In this document: piece after piece, positions 10,749-18,910 of the stretch
Numbering within the stretch: position 1 is the stretch's first letter
Layout of the letters: every line of letters begins with the position of its first letter
Source: Bacteroides sp.
Lineage (GTDB): Bacteria > Bacteroidota > Bacteroidia > Bacteroidales > Muribaculaceae
DNA: 64,000 nt
Reading direction: 5' to 3'
Assembly (NCBI GenBank): GCA_023666905.1
Contig: JAMPBC010000001.1
Location: forward strand, 593,542 to 657,541
Translations under genes and position numbers: made by a program
The notes under the pieces: generated by a model
The model's input: the letters and a program-made list of their open reading frames with translations, nothing else
The model's database searches: none
Told to the model about the DNA's origin: nothing

Positions 10749-10844
10749 CAAAAAATCAGATTACAAGCCTACACAATCGGCTGAAATCTGCATCAGTCGC
10801 GCAAGCGTTTGTGAGTTTGTGCGGGGGGGGTGTCTGGCGAGGTA

Positions 10845-11071
10845 TATAAAAAACTAAGGAAAGTCTCACGACTTCCCTTTAGCTTCAAATACACAATTAT
10901 CTATAAAACAACTATTGTACGTCTGTCTATCTTTATGAGGCGAGCGGTTGGCAACATAATTAATCGCGCCGATTGTTCACCTGCGTTGATTGGGATTTCA
11001 TTCAGCGATGTCTCTTTTTTGAGCGTCTCTCACATTATTGATTTATCCCTTTCAAACACGGTGCAAAAGTA
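10845..11071 (-). ncRNA. Candidate stand-alone small RNA of about 210 nt, with its own promoter and intrinsic terminator and no convincing ORF
   Basis: Minus strand: -33 TTTG (fwd 11091-11094), 19-nt spacer, -7 TACTTTTG (fwd 11064-11071). Downstream hairpin GGGAAGUC-GUGA-GACUUUCC (fwd 10858-10877) followed by UUAGUUUUUUAUAUA. Longest ATG ORFs inside are 13 and 18 codons. Confidence 0.3.
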
Positions 11072-11179
11072 AAAAGTTAATTTTAATTTGCAAAAAGGTT
11101 AAATGAATTTTAACTAAAAAATAGTTATGTTAAAATTTGACACGGTTTTGAAACTTGTTTGCTTGTGAATTGTTGCAGG

Positions 11180-12421
11180 TCAGTCAAGGCAAAAGTCAAG
11201 GGCATCGGTGATTGCTGCGCGATCCATGTTTCGGCCAATGAACACGAGTTTCTGCATTCGGTCGCCATATTCGGGATCCCAGTCGCGCATCAGGCCGGGT
11301 TCATGTTCCATGAGTTGCTTGAGGTCTTCCTCGGGCGCGGTGGCGTACCATTGGCCAACGGCCGTGAGTTTTTTCTGGACGCCGGCCTGTTCGAACAGAT
11401 AGCTCATTTCAGGCTCGTCGGAGAAGTAGCACACGCCTTTGGTGCGGATAACGCCTTCGGGCCAATCGCGGTCAACAAAATAATCGAATTTGTTGATTGA
11501 GAACGGGCGGCGGCGATAGTACACGAACGTGCTTATGCCATACTCCTCGGCCTCACCCTCCTCACTGTGGTGATGATGATGGTGGTGGTGATGATGATGT
11601 TCATGTCCGTCGTGCCCATGATGTTCATCATGTTCGTGGTCATGTTCATGGTGGTGCTCATGCTCGTCCTGTTCTATTTCGTGGAGTGGTTTTTCAATTT
11701 CCTTGATCCAGGTGGCCGATGTTGCAACTTGTTCAAAATTGAACATGCCGGTGTTTAGAATTTTGTCCAGAGGTACGTCGGCATAGTCGGCTTCAAGAAT
11801 TTCGGCCTTGGGCTGGATGGCGCGGATTGTAGAGCGGATTTGGTTGGCTTCCTCGGCCGATACTTCTGAAATTTTATTGAGCACCACAATGTTGCAGAAT
11901 TCAATTTGCTGGATTATGAGGTTCTCAAGGTCCTCTTCGCCAATGTTGCCGGCCGTGAGAGCCTGTCCGGAGTTAAATTCGCTTTTGAGGCGCAGGGCAT
12001 CGGCCACGGTTACAATGCAATCGAGGCGAGGCGTGCCGAAGCGGTTCACTTGTGGCCCCATCGAGGGCATGGAGCAAATGGTTTGGGCAATGGGTTCGGG
12101 CTCGCAGATTCCGCTTGCTTCAATCACAATGTAGTCAAAGCGGTCGCCCTCCATCAGGTCAGTGAGCTGTTGCACCAGATCCATTTTCAGAGTGCAGCAA
12201 ATGCATCCGTTTTGCAGAGCCACCAGACTATCGTCGTCGCCACCCACAATGCCATCGCGGGCAATGAGGTCAGCGTCAATGTTCACTTCGCCAATATCGT
12301 TGACAATCACGGCAAACCGGATGCCGCGGCGATTGCTGAGTATGCGGTTCACCAGAGTGGTTTTGCCGCTCCCCAGATAGCCGGTGAGCAGCAATACGGG
12401 CATTTCTCTTTTCTTTTCCAT
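11180..12421 (-). CDS. COG0523 (CobW/ZigA/YciC-type) GTPase metallochaperone with an internal poly-His tract
   Basis: 413 aa. P-loop GYLGSGKTT, CobW C-terminal domain, and an insert HEHEHHHEHDHEHDEHHGHDGHEHHHHHHHHHHH. The 11 consecutive His codons at 11567-11599 are a CAT/CAC microsatellite. Confidence 0.8.
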   Translation of the reverse strand: MEKKREMPVLLLTGYLGSGKTTLVNRILSNRRGIRFAVIVNDIGEVNIDADLIARDGIVGGDDDSLVALQNGCICCTLKMDLVQQLTDLMEGDRFDYIVIEASGICEPEPIAQTICSMPSMGPQVNRFGTPRLDCIVTVADALRLKSEFNSGQALTAGNIGEEDLENLIIQQIEFCNIVVLNKISEVSAEEANQIRSTIRAIQPKAEILEADYADVPLDKILNTGMFNFEQVATSATWIKEIEKPLHEIEQDEHEHHHEHDHEHDEHHGHDGHEHHHHHHHHHHHSEEGEAEEYGISTFVYYRRRPFSINKFDYFVDRDWPEGVIRTKGVCYFSDEPEMSYLFEQAGVQKKLTAVGQWYATAPEEDLKQLMEHEPGLMRDWDPEYGDRMQKLVFIGRNMDRAAITDALDFCLD

Positions 12422-12478
12422 GTTAGTGTTTTCGGATTATGTCTAAGAGTAGGTTTTTTACTGAATCTTGATTTGCCG

Positions 12479-12486
12479 CAAAATTA
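12479..12486 (-). promoter_or_regulatory. Candidate -7 box (TAATTTTG on the minus strand) for the COG0523 gene
   Basis: Motif match about 57 nt upstream of the ATG at 12421. Confidence 0.3.
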
Positions 12487-12544
12487 CGCATTTGGAGTTT
12501 ATCTCGCAAGTTTCAAAGCCTGTTACAAAAACATATTTCATCAA

Positions 12545-12557
12545 CACATATAATATG
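12545..12557. promoter_or_regulatory. Perfect 6-1-6 AT-rich palindrome ACATATaATATGT, a possible metalloregulator (Zur/Fur-like) operator
   Basis: Perfect 13-bp palindrome in the 158-bp intergenic region upstream of the His-rich COG0523 gene. It resembles Fur/Zur box architecture. The location suggests a role but there is no functional evidence. Confidence 0.25.
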
Positions 12558-12579
12558 TTGCGTGTTCAACTGTGCGGCA

Positions 12580-13794
12580 TCAGTGTTCCCGGCGTGTGAG
12601 GTTGTCAAGACCGTTGCCCATTGAGGCCATGCGGATGTTGTTGGAATCCGGTAGCGATTTGTTGAGGTTGTCAATGGTTTGCATTAGCCGGTTACGCTTG
12701 TCTTCGCGCGAGGAGTCGGTGAACAGGTTGCGTTGCACCTCGTTACGCGGCGAAATCCGGCTTAAGGTCACGCCTGCACGCTTAAAGCCGTAGCCCTCGC
12801 GATAAATCTGATTCAGCGCTGCAATCGCAGCTTCGGCAAGCAGGGGCGTGTAGTCGGTGGGGTCGGGAAGTTTAATGGTGCAGCTGTTGTTATACTGAGG
12901 GTCGTGCTCATGAAAACGGTTGGTACGGAGGAAAACGGTGATTTCTGCCGCCACACTTCCTTGCCGGCGAAGCTTACGGGCCACTTGCGACGTGAAAGTG
13001 CACACCGCGCGGCGAATCGGCTCGGGTTGGCGAATGTCGCTGGCAAATGAGCGCGACGATGTTATGGTTCGGTTTTCCGGTGTGGCGTCGCGTTCAATGC
13101 ATGGCTCGCCGTTGAGTTCGCGCCATGTCCTTACGCCTGAAACGTTGAACAATCGCTCCACAACATCGCTTTTAAGCATGGCAAGATGCAGGGCCGTTGT
13201 TATGCCGCGATCGGTCAGCTTTTTGCGTAATCGCCGGCCAATGCCCCACACATCGCACACGTTTGTGAGCTCCAGAGCCTTGAGCCGTTTCGGTTCGGAG
13301 TCAATGAGACAGACTCCGCGATAGCCCTTGTGCTTTTTGGCAAAGTGAGCCGCCATTTTGGCAAGCGTTTTGGTTGGCGCAATGCCCATTGACACCGGAA
13401 TACCGCCCCGGTCCATAATGCTGTCCACCACATAGTGTCCGAAGCCCTCCACATCACCCGTGCCGGCGGGTATCTGTAAGAAGGCCTCGTCAATGGAGTA
13501 GACCTCGATTTCAGCATCGGTCAAGGTGCGCAGCAGTTGCATTACTTGCGCTGAAATTTCGCCATAATAACGGTGGTTGCCTGAGAGCACAGCCACCGAA
13601 TTGACTTCGCAGATAGGTTTTATTTTGAAAAATGGGTCGCCTCGTTTTATGCCAAGTGCTTTAGCTTCGTTTGACAGGGCCACGGCACAACCGTCGTTGT
13701 TGCTGAGCACAATCACGGGGCGCGAAGCAAGCTCCGGATGCTTCACGCGTTCGCACGACACAAAGAAGTTGTTGCAGTCAATAAGGGCAATCAT
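12580..13794 (-). CDS. dinB: Y-family DNA polymerase (DinB/UmuC-like, DNA polymerase IV)
   Basis: 404 aa. N-terminus [17 protein letters not shown], conserved SIDEAF segment, little-finger domain. No umuD-like gene adjacent. Confidence 0.8.
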   Translation of the reverse strand: MIALIDCNNFFVSCERVKHPELASRPVIVLSNNDGCAVALSNEAKALGIKRGDPFFKIKPICEVNSVAVLSGNHRYYGEISAQVMQLLRTLTDAEIEVYSIDEAFLQIPAGTGDVEGFGHYVVDSIMDRGGIPVSMGIAPTKTLAKMAAHFAKKHKGYRGVCLIDSEPKRLKALELTNVCDVWGIGRRLRKKLTDRGITTALHLAMLKSDVVERLFNVSGVRTWRELNGEPCIERDATPENRTITSSRSFASDIRQPEPIRRAVCTFTSQVARKLRRQGSVAAEITVFLRTNRFHEHDPQYNNSCTIKLPDPTDYTPLLAEAAIAALNQIYREGYGFKRAGVTLSRISPRNEVQRNLFTDSSREDKRNRLMQTIDNLNKSLPDSNNIRMASMGNGLDNLTRREH

Positions 13795-13830
13795 GGTTGG
13801 AAGAGAGGTTTTTCGGTACGGGCTGATTGG

Positions 13831-14841
13831 TTAATGCACTTCAGCACGAAGATTGTAAGTGTTGCGAAGTTTCTCGAAGTCGCCGGGATTGCTGCGGAGC
13901 ATCCGGGTGTCGGTGAGCGGATTATAGCTTTTCAGGACAGCCTCGGCCGTGACCCGCTCCGGAGCTTGTCCCGGAATAGGTACGCTCATGTGAGGTTTAG
14001 GCAGCTGCAGGGCCTTGGCCACTGCTTCCACCGCCATGGCTGTGGCACGGATTTTACCTTCGCGGGAATAACCGGCAATGTGGGGTGTGGCAATGAAAGC
14101 TTGCTGAAGAAGTTGCAAGTCTATGTCGGGTTCACCTTCCCAGCAGTCGATGACCACTTGGCTCACGCGCCCGGTGTGAATTGCCGCTTTCAGAGCGGCG
14201 GTGTCGGCAATAGGTCCTCGGGCCGAGTTTATGACCATGGGCTTGCGCTGAAGCGAGTTGAAAAATTCCGCGTTCAACAAGTGGTGTGTGGCAAATGGGC
14301 TGCGTTTGGTGTAGGGGGTATGCACGGTTATTACATCGGCTTCGCGGGCAATGCGGTCCATTGAGCAGAATCCTTCGGAGCCTTCGGCAAGAGCGCGCGG
14401 AGGGTCGCAGGCCAATACATTCATTCCCAGTCCGGCGGCCCAGCGTTGCACAATGCTCCCCACGTGTCCCACCCCGATAATGCCGAGGGTGAGTCCTGAA
14501 AGATTGGTGCCGTGGGCCTGGATGATGGATGCGAGCACATATTGGGCCACTGCCGGCGCGTTGCATCCGGGAGCATTTCGCACCTCTATTCCGGCATTGC
14601 GACACCATTCCGTGTCAACATGGTCCAGCCCTATGGTGGCCGATGCAATGATTTTGCATTTTGATCCGGAGAGGAGCGCTTCGTTGCAGCGGGTACGGGT
14701 GCGCGTAATGAGGGCATCGGCATTGGCCATTGCCTCCGGAGTGATTTCGGCCGGCGACAGGTAACTCACGCGGGCCACATCATCGAAAAGGCCACGAGAG
14801 AAAGGGATGTTGCTCTCTATTATTATATGAGGATGCTCCAT
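13831..14841 (-). CDS. pdxB: 4-phosphoerythronate dehydrogenase (D-2-hydroxyacid dehydrogenase family)
   Basis: NAD-binding GIIGVGHVG, catalytic domain, and the DVWEGEP-type motif (IDCWEGEP) and C-terminal dimerisation region typical of PdxB. Start set to the internal MEHPHIIIE, which avoids overlapping the upstream gene. Confidence 0.8.
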   Translation of the reverse strand: MEHPHIIIESNIPFSRGLFDDVARVSYLSPAEITPEAMANADALITRTRTRCNEALLSGSKCKIIASATIGLDHVDTEWCRNAGIEVRNAPGCNAPAVAQYVLASIIQAHGTNLSGLTLGIIGVGHVGSIVQRWAAGLGMNVLACDPPRALAEGSEGFCSMDRIAREADVITVHTPYTKRSPFATHHLLNAEFFNSLQRKPMVINSARGPIADTAALKAAIHTGRVSQVVIDCWEGEPDIDLQLLQQAFIATPHIAGYSREGKIRATAMAVEAVAKALQLPKPHMSVPIPGQAPERVTAEAVLKSYNPLTDTRMLRSNPGDFEKLRNTYNLRAEVH

Positions 14842-15812
14842 ACGAACATTATGAAATAAATGGCAAGAATGGTGCAAACGGTGATGTAGCCGCGGTTTTC
14901 GTAATTTATGCGGAAGTTGAGGGCCGTTTGATAGGCAATGCAGCAATTGAGCAGCGGCAGATAAGCGGTGACGTTGGCAAAGTCGACCATGGTGAGCAGC
15001 AACGTGGCCACGGTGACCGTTACGAGCAGTCCGGTGAATGAACGCGAGCGGGCATTGTAGCTGTAGATTTTCACCATGTTGGTGAGGGTGAGCGCAAATC
15101 CTATTATCACGGAAACTATTATAACGGCAATAAGTTGCGCCTTGTCGGCAATGTCAAGGTGGGTGAACACGTTCAGCCCGGTGGGAAACGTGATGTCGGA
15201 AATGGATATAATGCCCGGTCCCAAGGCAATCCACCATGGTACAACCATGCCCACCACAGCCGCCAGAAGTGTGCGGAAGGAGAAACAGCGCATTTGGGCG
15301 CAACCGGCCAGGAACACGGGTATGTAAGCCACAAATGCATATTGCATCATGGCTCCGGCCGATAACAATGTGAAGGCAAGGAAAATACGTTTGGTCCCTT
15401 CAACGGGGCGCTGGTAAACGGAGTACATAAGCCCCATGGCGCACAGCACCGTAAGTGCCACAAGCAGTCCCGCGCAAATGCGGGTGGATATGATGGGGTT
15501 GGCAGCTTGCAGAATGGCAAATACTCCCAAAAAAAGTTGTGATGAGGTGCGCAGAAGGTTGTAAGCCTTGTTAATCAGGGCCATGGCGAACATGATTATC
15601 GCGGCCATGGACAGCGCTCCAAATAGCGATAGTGGACCCGTGAGAAAGTCGGGCGATGAAGCCCCGGTAACCAAGCCACGGCCGGTGGCGACCGCCGGCA
15701 GTTTGGCCACCCCGGCGGCTATGAGCACGGCCATTGTGCCCAGGAATATCAGCAGGTAAGTTCCCAGGCGGCTGCGCAGTAGCAGGGTGGCGGTTCGTTC
15801 GAGTGGCTTCAC
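14823..15812 (-). CDS. Polytopic integral membrane protein, about 8 TM, function unknown
   Basis: 329 aa and highly hydrophobic. No recognisable catalytic motif. Sits in the operon between purD and pdxB. Confidence 0.55.
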   Translation of the reverse strand: MKPLERTATLLLRSRLGTYLLIFLGTMAVLIAAGVAKLPAVATGRGLVTGASSPDFLTGPLSLFGALSMAAIIMFAMALINKAYNLLRTSSQLFLGVFAILQAANPIISTRICAGLLVALTVLCAMGLMYSVYQRPVEGTKRIFLAFTLLSAGAMMQYAFVAYIPVFLAGCAQMRCFSFRTLLAAVVGMVVPWWIALGPGIISISDITFPTGLNVFTHLDIADKAQLIAVIIVSVIIGFALTLTNMVKIYSYNARSRSFTGLLVTVTVATLLLTMVDFANVTAYLPLLNCCIAYQTALNFRINYENRGYITVCTILAIYFIMFVWSILI

Positions 15813-15833
15813 GGTTAGGCTGAGCGATGAGGA

Positions 15834-17108
15834 TTATTTGAGGACGTCGCGGCCAATGTCGCGGCGGAAATATGCACCGTCAAACCTGATTTTATCAACG
15901 GAGTTGTAGCTGCGGGTCAGGGCATCCTGCAAAGTTTCGCCGAGAGAGCTCACGGCAAGTACGCGGCCACCCGATGTGAGCAACTGCCCCTCGGCGTTGC
16001 GAGTGGTGCCGGCATGGAACACAAGGCTATCAGTGACATTTTCCGTTCCTTCAATGAGTTTTCCTTTGGGATAACTTCCCGGATAGCCTCCGCTCACCAT
16101 CATTACCGTGGCGGAAGCCAGCGGGCTGTGGCGCAGTTCAAGGTCTCCGAGATTTCCTTGGGCGGCAGCTTTCATAAGCTGAACCAAATCGGAGTCGATG
16201 CGCAGCATAACGGCTTCTGTTTCGGGGTCACCCATGCGGACGTTGTATTCAATAACCATGGGGTTAGAGTCAACATTGATGAGGCCAAGGAAAATGAAAC
16301 CGCGGTAGGTTATGTTTTCTTCAGTCAACCCCTTGATTGTGGGTTCAATGATGCGCTCGCGCACTTTGTCCATGAAAGCTTCATCGGCAAACGGAACAGG
16401 GCTCACGGCTCCCATGCCGCCGGTGTTGAGGCCGGTGTCGCCTTCGCCAATGCGTTTGTAATCCTTGGCCACGGGGAGCACACGGTAGTTGCCGTTGCCG
16501 TCGGTGAGCACAAACACAGAGCACTCGATGCCTGAAAGAAATTCCTCAACAACAACGGTGGCGCTTGCCCCTCCGAACATGCCCGAAAGCATTTCCCGGA
16601 GGCTCTGCTTGGCTTCTTCAAGGTTGTTTATGATTAGCACTCCTTTCCCGGCAGCAAGTCCGTCGGCTTTAAGCACGTAAGGAGCCTTAAGAGTTTCAAG
16701 GAAACAGCATCCTTCGTCGGCTGTTTCGGCAGTGAACGACTGGTAGCGTGCCGTGGGAATGCCATTCTTCATCATGAATTGTTTGGCAAAATCCTTGCTT
16801 CCCTCAAGCCGGGCCCCCGCCTTTGACGGGCCTACAACAAGCAGTTCGGGCAATTCAGCGGCCATGTAGTCGAAAATGCCGGCTACAAGAGGGTCCTCGT
16901 TACCCACCACCACCATGTCAATGCCGTTGGCTTTGACAAATTCCTTTATGGCATCAAAGTCGAGCGGGCTTAGCTTCACGTTGGTGCCGTAGGCTCCGGT
17001 TCCGCCGTTACCCGGGGCAATAAATAAATTTTCGGTGAGAGGACTTTGATTGATTTTCCATGCCAAGGCCGATTCACGGCCGCCTGAGCCGAGCAGTAGA
17101 ATGTTCAT
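15834..17108 (-). CDS. purD: Phosphoribosylamine--glycine ligase
   Basis: 424 aa, ATP-grasp, classic PurD N-terminus MNILLLGSGGRE. Confidence 0.9.
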   Translation of the reverse strand: MNILLLGSGGRESALAWKINQSPLTENLFIAPGNGGTGAYGTNVKLSPLDFDAIKEFVKANGIDMVVVGNEDPLVAGIFDYMAAELPELLVVGPSKAGARLEGSKDFAKQFMMKNGIPTARYQSFTAETADEGCCFLETLKAPYVLKADGLAAGKGVLIINNLEEAKQSLREMLSGMFGGASATVVVEEFLSGIECSVFVLTDGNGNYRVLPVAKDYKRIGEGDTGLNTGGMGAVSPVPFADEAFMDKVRERIIEPTIKGLTEENITYRGFIFLGLINVDSNPMVIEYNVRMGDPETEAVMLRIDSDLVQLMKAAAQGNLGDLELRHSPLASATVMMVSGGYPGSYPKGKLIEGTENVTDSLVFHAGTTRNAEGQLLTSGGRVLAVSSLGETLQDALTRSYNSVDKIRFDGAYFRRDIGRDVLK

Positions 17109-17135
17109 GATTCAAGTGGGGGTGTGAGAGTTTTA

Positions 17136-18764
17136 TTATTGGTTGTTGTTTTCAGTTTCGTTGTTGCTGCCCGGACGTTTCCAGCCGCGGCGAGGGCGGA
17201 AAATGGGTGCATTCTTGTCTTCCGACAGCGACGGCTGCCTACCGGTAATGGACTTGAGCGCCATTTCATTGCGGCGCACAGCCAGCGGATTCTCCGATGC
17301 CGGAGCTCTGTCGGGCTCGTCGTTGAACCGATGGGCGAACCGTCCCTTTTGAGGGCGGTAGCGTTCTTCTCCGCGGCTCAATGTGCCGTGGCTCTTTTCG
17401 GAGCGGTGGAAGTCGTTTCCGCGCTTGAACTCGCCGGAGCGGGAGTCGCCTGCACGTTTACGGTCAAGTTTCTTTCCTCCAAAACCGGCTTTGCGGGCAT
17501 CCTCGCGCCATTCGCGGTCGCCCTTGTAGCGACGGGGCTCTTTTTCGCGGCGTTTCTCTCGTTCGGTTTTCAGGTGTCCTCCTTCGCGGCGGAATGAGCG
17601 GTAGTCCCCTTCAAAGATAACGTATTCGCGCAGTTCACACTCCAGCGCGCCGTTGTAAATTGGTTCTTTTGTAGAGGGCGCAAGGCCTATTTTCTGGAAG
17701 TATTCCTCGCGGTAGCCAATTATCCACGCATGATAGCCGGTGAACACTTGCTTGAGTTTGGTGCCGATGAGAGCGTAAAGGCCCTCCATGTCGGGCGAGC
17801 TGATTCGTTCGCCGTAAGGTGGGTTGGTGACAAGAATGCCGTCGGCCGGAGCTTCGGTCCATTGCGAGAGCGGTTTGACTTCAAGGTGTACCCACTTGCC
17901 CACGCCGGCGCTCTTTACATTTTCCTGAGCAATGGCAATGGCTCGCGGCGACATGTCGCATCCTATTATGGGTTGGGTTACGGTGCGTTCGTTTGACTCG
18001 TCGTTGTAGATTGCATCGAAGAGTTCCGGGTCGAAATCGGCCCATGTTTCAAAGGCAAAGCGGCGGCGATAGACTCCGGGCCAGATGCCGGCTGCAATCA
18101 TGGCCGCTTCTATTACAAATGTTCCGGAGCCGCACATGGGGTCGACGAAAGGACAATCGCCGCGCCAGCCGCTTTTGAGGATAATGCCTGCGGCAAGCAC
18201 TTCGTTGATTGGGGCTTCGGTTTGGGCCACGCGATAGCCGCGTTTGTGTAGCGACTCGCCCGACGAGTCGAGCGACACCGTGACACGTTCGCCCTGAATG
18301 TGCACATTGATGCGCACGTCGGCATCCTGAAGGCGCACACGCGGACGTGATTCGGGCCCTATTTTGTCGCGGAAATAATCAACAATTCCATCCTTGACTC
18401 TGTAAGTGGCATAGCGGGAGTGATTGAATTCCTCGGAGTTTGCCACAGTGTCAATTGAAAAAGTTTTGTCGAGACTCAACACCCGGCTCCAATCGTAGGC
18501 TTTGATAAGCTCATAGAGTTCATCGGGGTTGCGGGCAATGAACTTATAGATGGGTTTGAGGATTCGCAGAGCTGTACGGCAACACATGTTGGCTCTGTAA
18601 AGCATTGCTTTGTCACCTTCAAAGGAAACCATGCGGAGGCCGGGCTCCACGTTCAGTGCGCCGAGTGAGCGCAATTCTTCGGCCAGCACCTCTTCAAGTC
18701 CTTGAAAAGTCTTGGCCACCATCTCAAATTGCTGAGTCTGCATCATGAATAGGAATAATGTCAA
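17136..18764 (-). CDS. THUMP-domain class I SAM-dependent RNA methyltransferase (RlmL-like) with an Arg/Lys/Gly-rich disordered C-terminal tail of about 150 aa
   Basis: The N-terminal roughly 390 aa hold THUMP plus the methyltransferase (DPMCGSGTF, NPPYGER motifs). The C-terminus is low-complexity KREKEPRRYKGDREWRED...RGG-like. Confidence 0.8.
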   Translation of the reverse strand: MTLFLFMMQTQQFEMVAKTFQGLEEVLAEELRSLGALNVEPGLRMVSFEGDKAMLYRANMCCRTALRILKPIYKFIARNPDELYELIKAYDWSRVLSLDKTFSIDTVANSEEFNHSRYATYRVKDGIVDYFRDKIGPESRPRVRLQDADVRINVHIQGERVTVSLDSSGESLHKRGYRVAQTEAPINEVLAAGIILKSGWRGDCPFVDPMCGSGTFVIEAAMIAAGIWPGVYRRRFAFETWADFDPELFDAIYNDESNERTVTQPIIGCDMSPRAIAIAQENVKSAGVGKWVHLEVKPLSQWTEAPADGILVTNPPYGERISSPDMEGLYALIGTKLKQVFTGYHAWIIGYREEYFQKIGLAPSTKEPIYNGALECELREYVIFEGDYRSFRREGGHLKTEREKRREKEPRRYKGDREWREDARKAGFGGKKLDRKRAGDSRSGEFKRGNDFHRSEKSHGTLSRGEERYRPQKGRFAHRFNDEPDRAPASENPLAVRRNEMALKSITGRQPSLSEDKNAPIFRPRRGWKRPGSNNETENNNQ

Positions 18765-18910
18765 TTATTCTGCAAAATTAGCGAAAATCTTCAACAAATT
18801 CCGCTATTGCGAAAAAATAGATGTCAAAAAACGGCGCAAAAAAAGCCGGCTCGATGTTTGGCCCTGATTCATGGGCTGTTCACCAAACCGGCAGTGAAAG
18901 TTATTTGCGT

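Noticed and set aside
10830-11072. 80-aa plus-strand ORF in the metG/COG0523 intergenic region
   Set aside because: Low-complexity, Ile/Ser-rich translation with no RBS, promoter or homolog-like features. It is on the opposite strand to a well-formed promoter and terminator pair, so the region is better explained as a non-coding transcript.
11567-11758. Plus-strand ORF encoding MVMMMVVVMMMF..., and a CRISPR-like impression from the regular short repeats
   Set aside because: It is the antisense reading of the CAT/CAC His-codon microsatellite inside the COG0523 gene. It is a coding homopolymer tract, not a CRISPR array: there are no spacers, no cas genes, and the units are 3-6 nt.
12580-13794. 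Possibility that the Y-family polymerase is part of a umuDC or imuAB mobile damage-inducible cassette
   Set aside because: There is no UmuD/LexA-like peptidase gene, integrase or IS element on either side. It is embedded in a housekeeping operon (purD-membrane protein-pdxB-dinB), so I treat it as chromosomal DNA polymerase IV.
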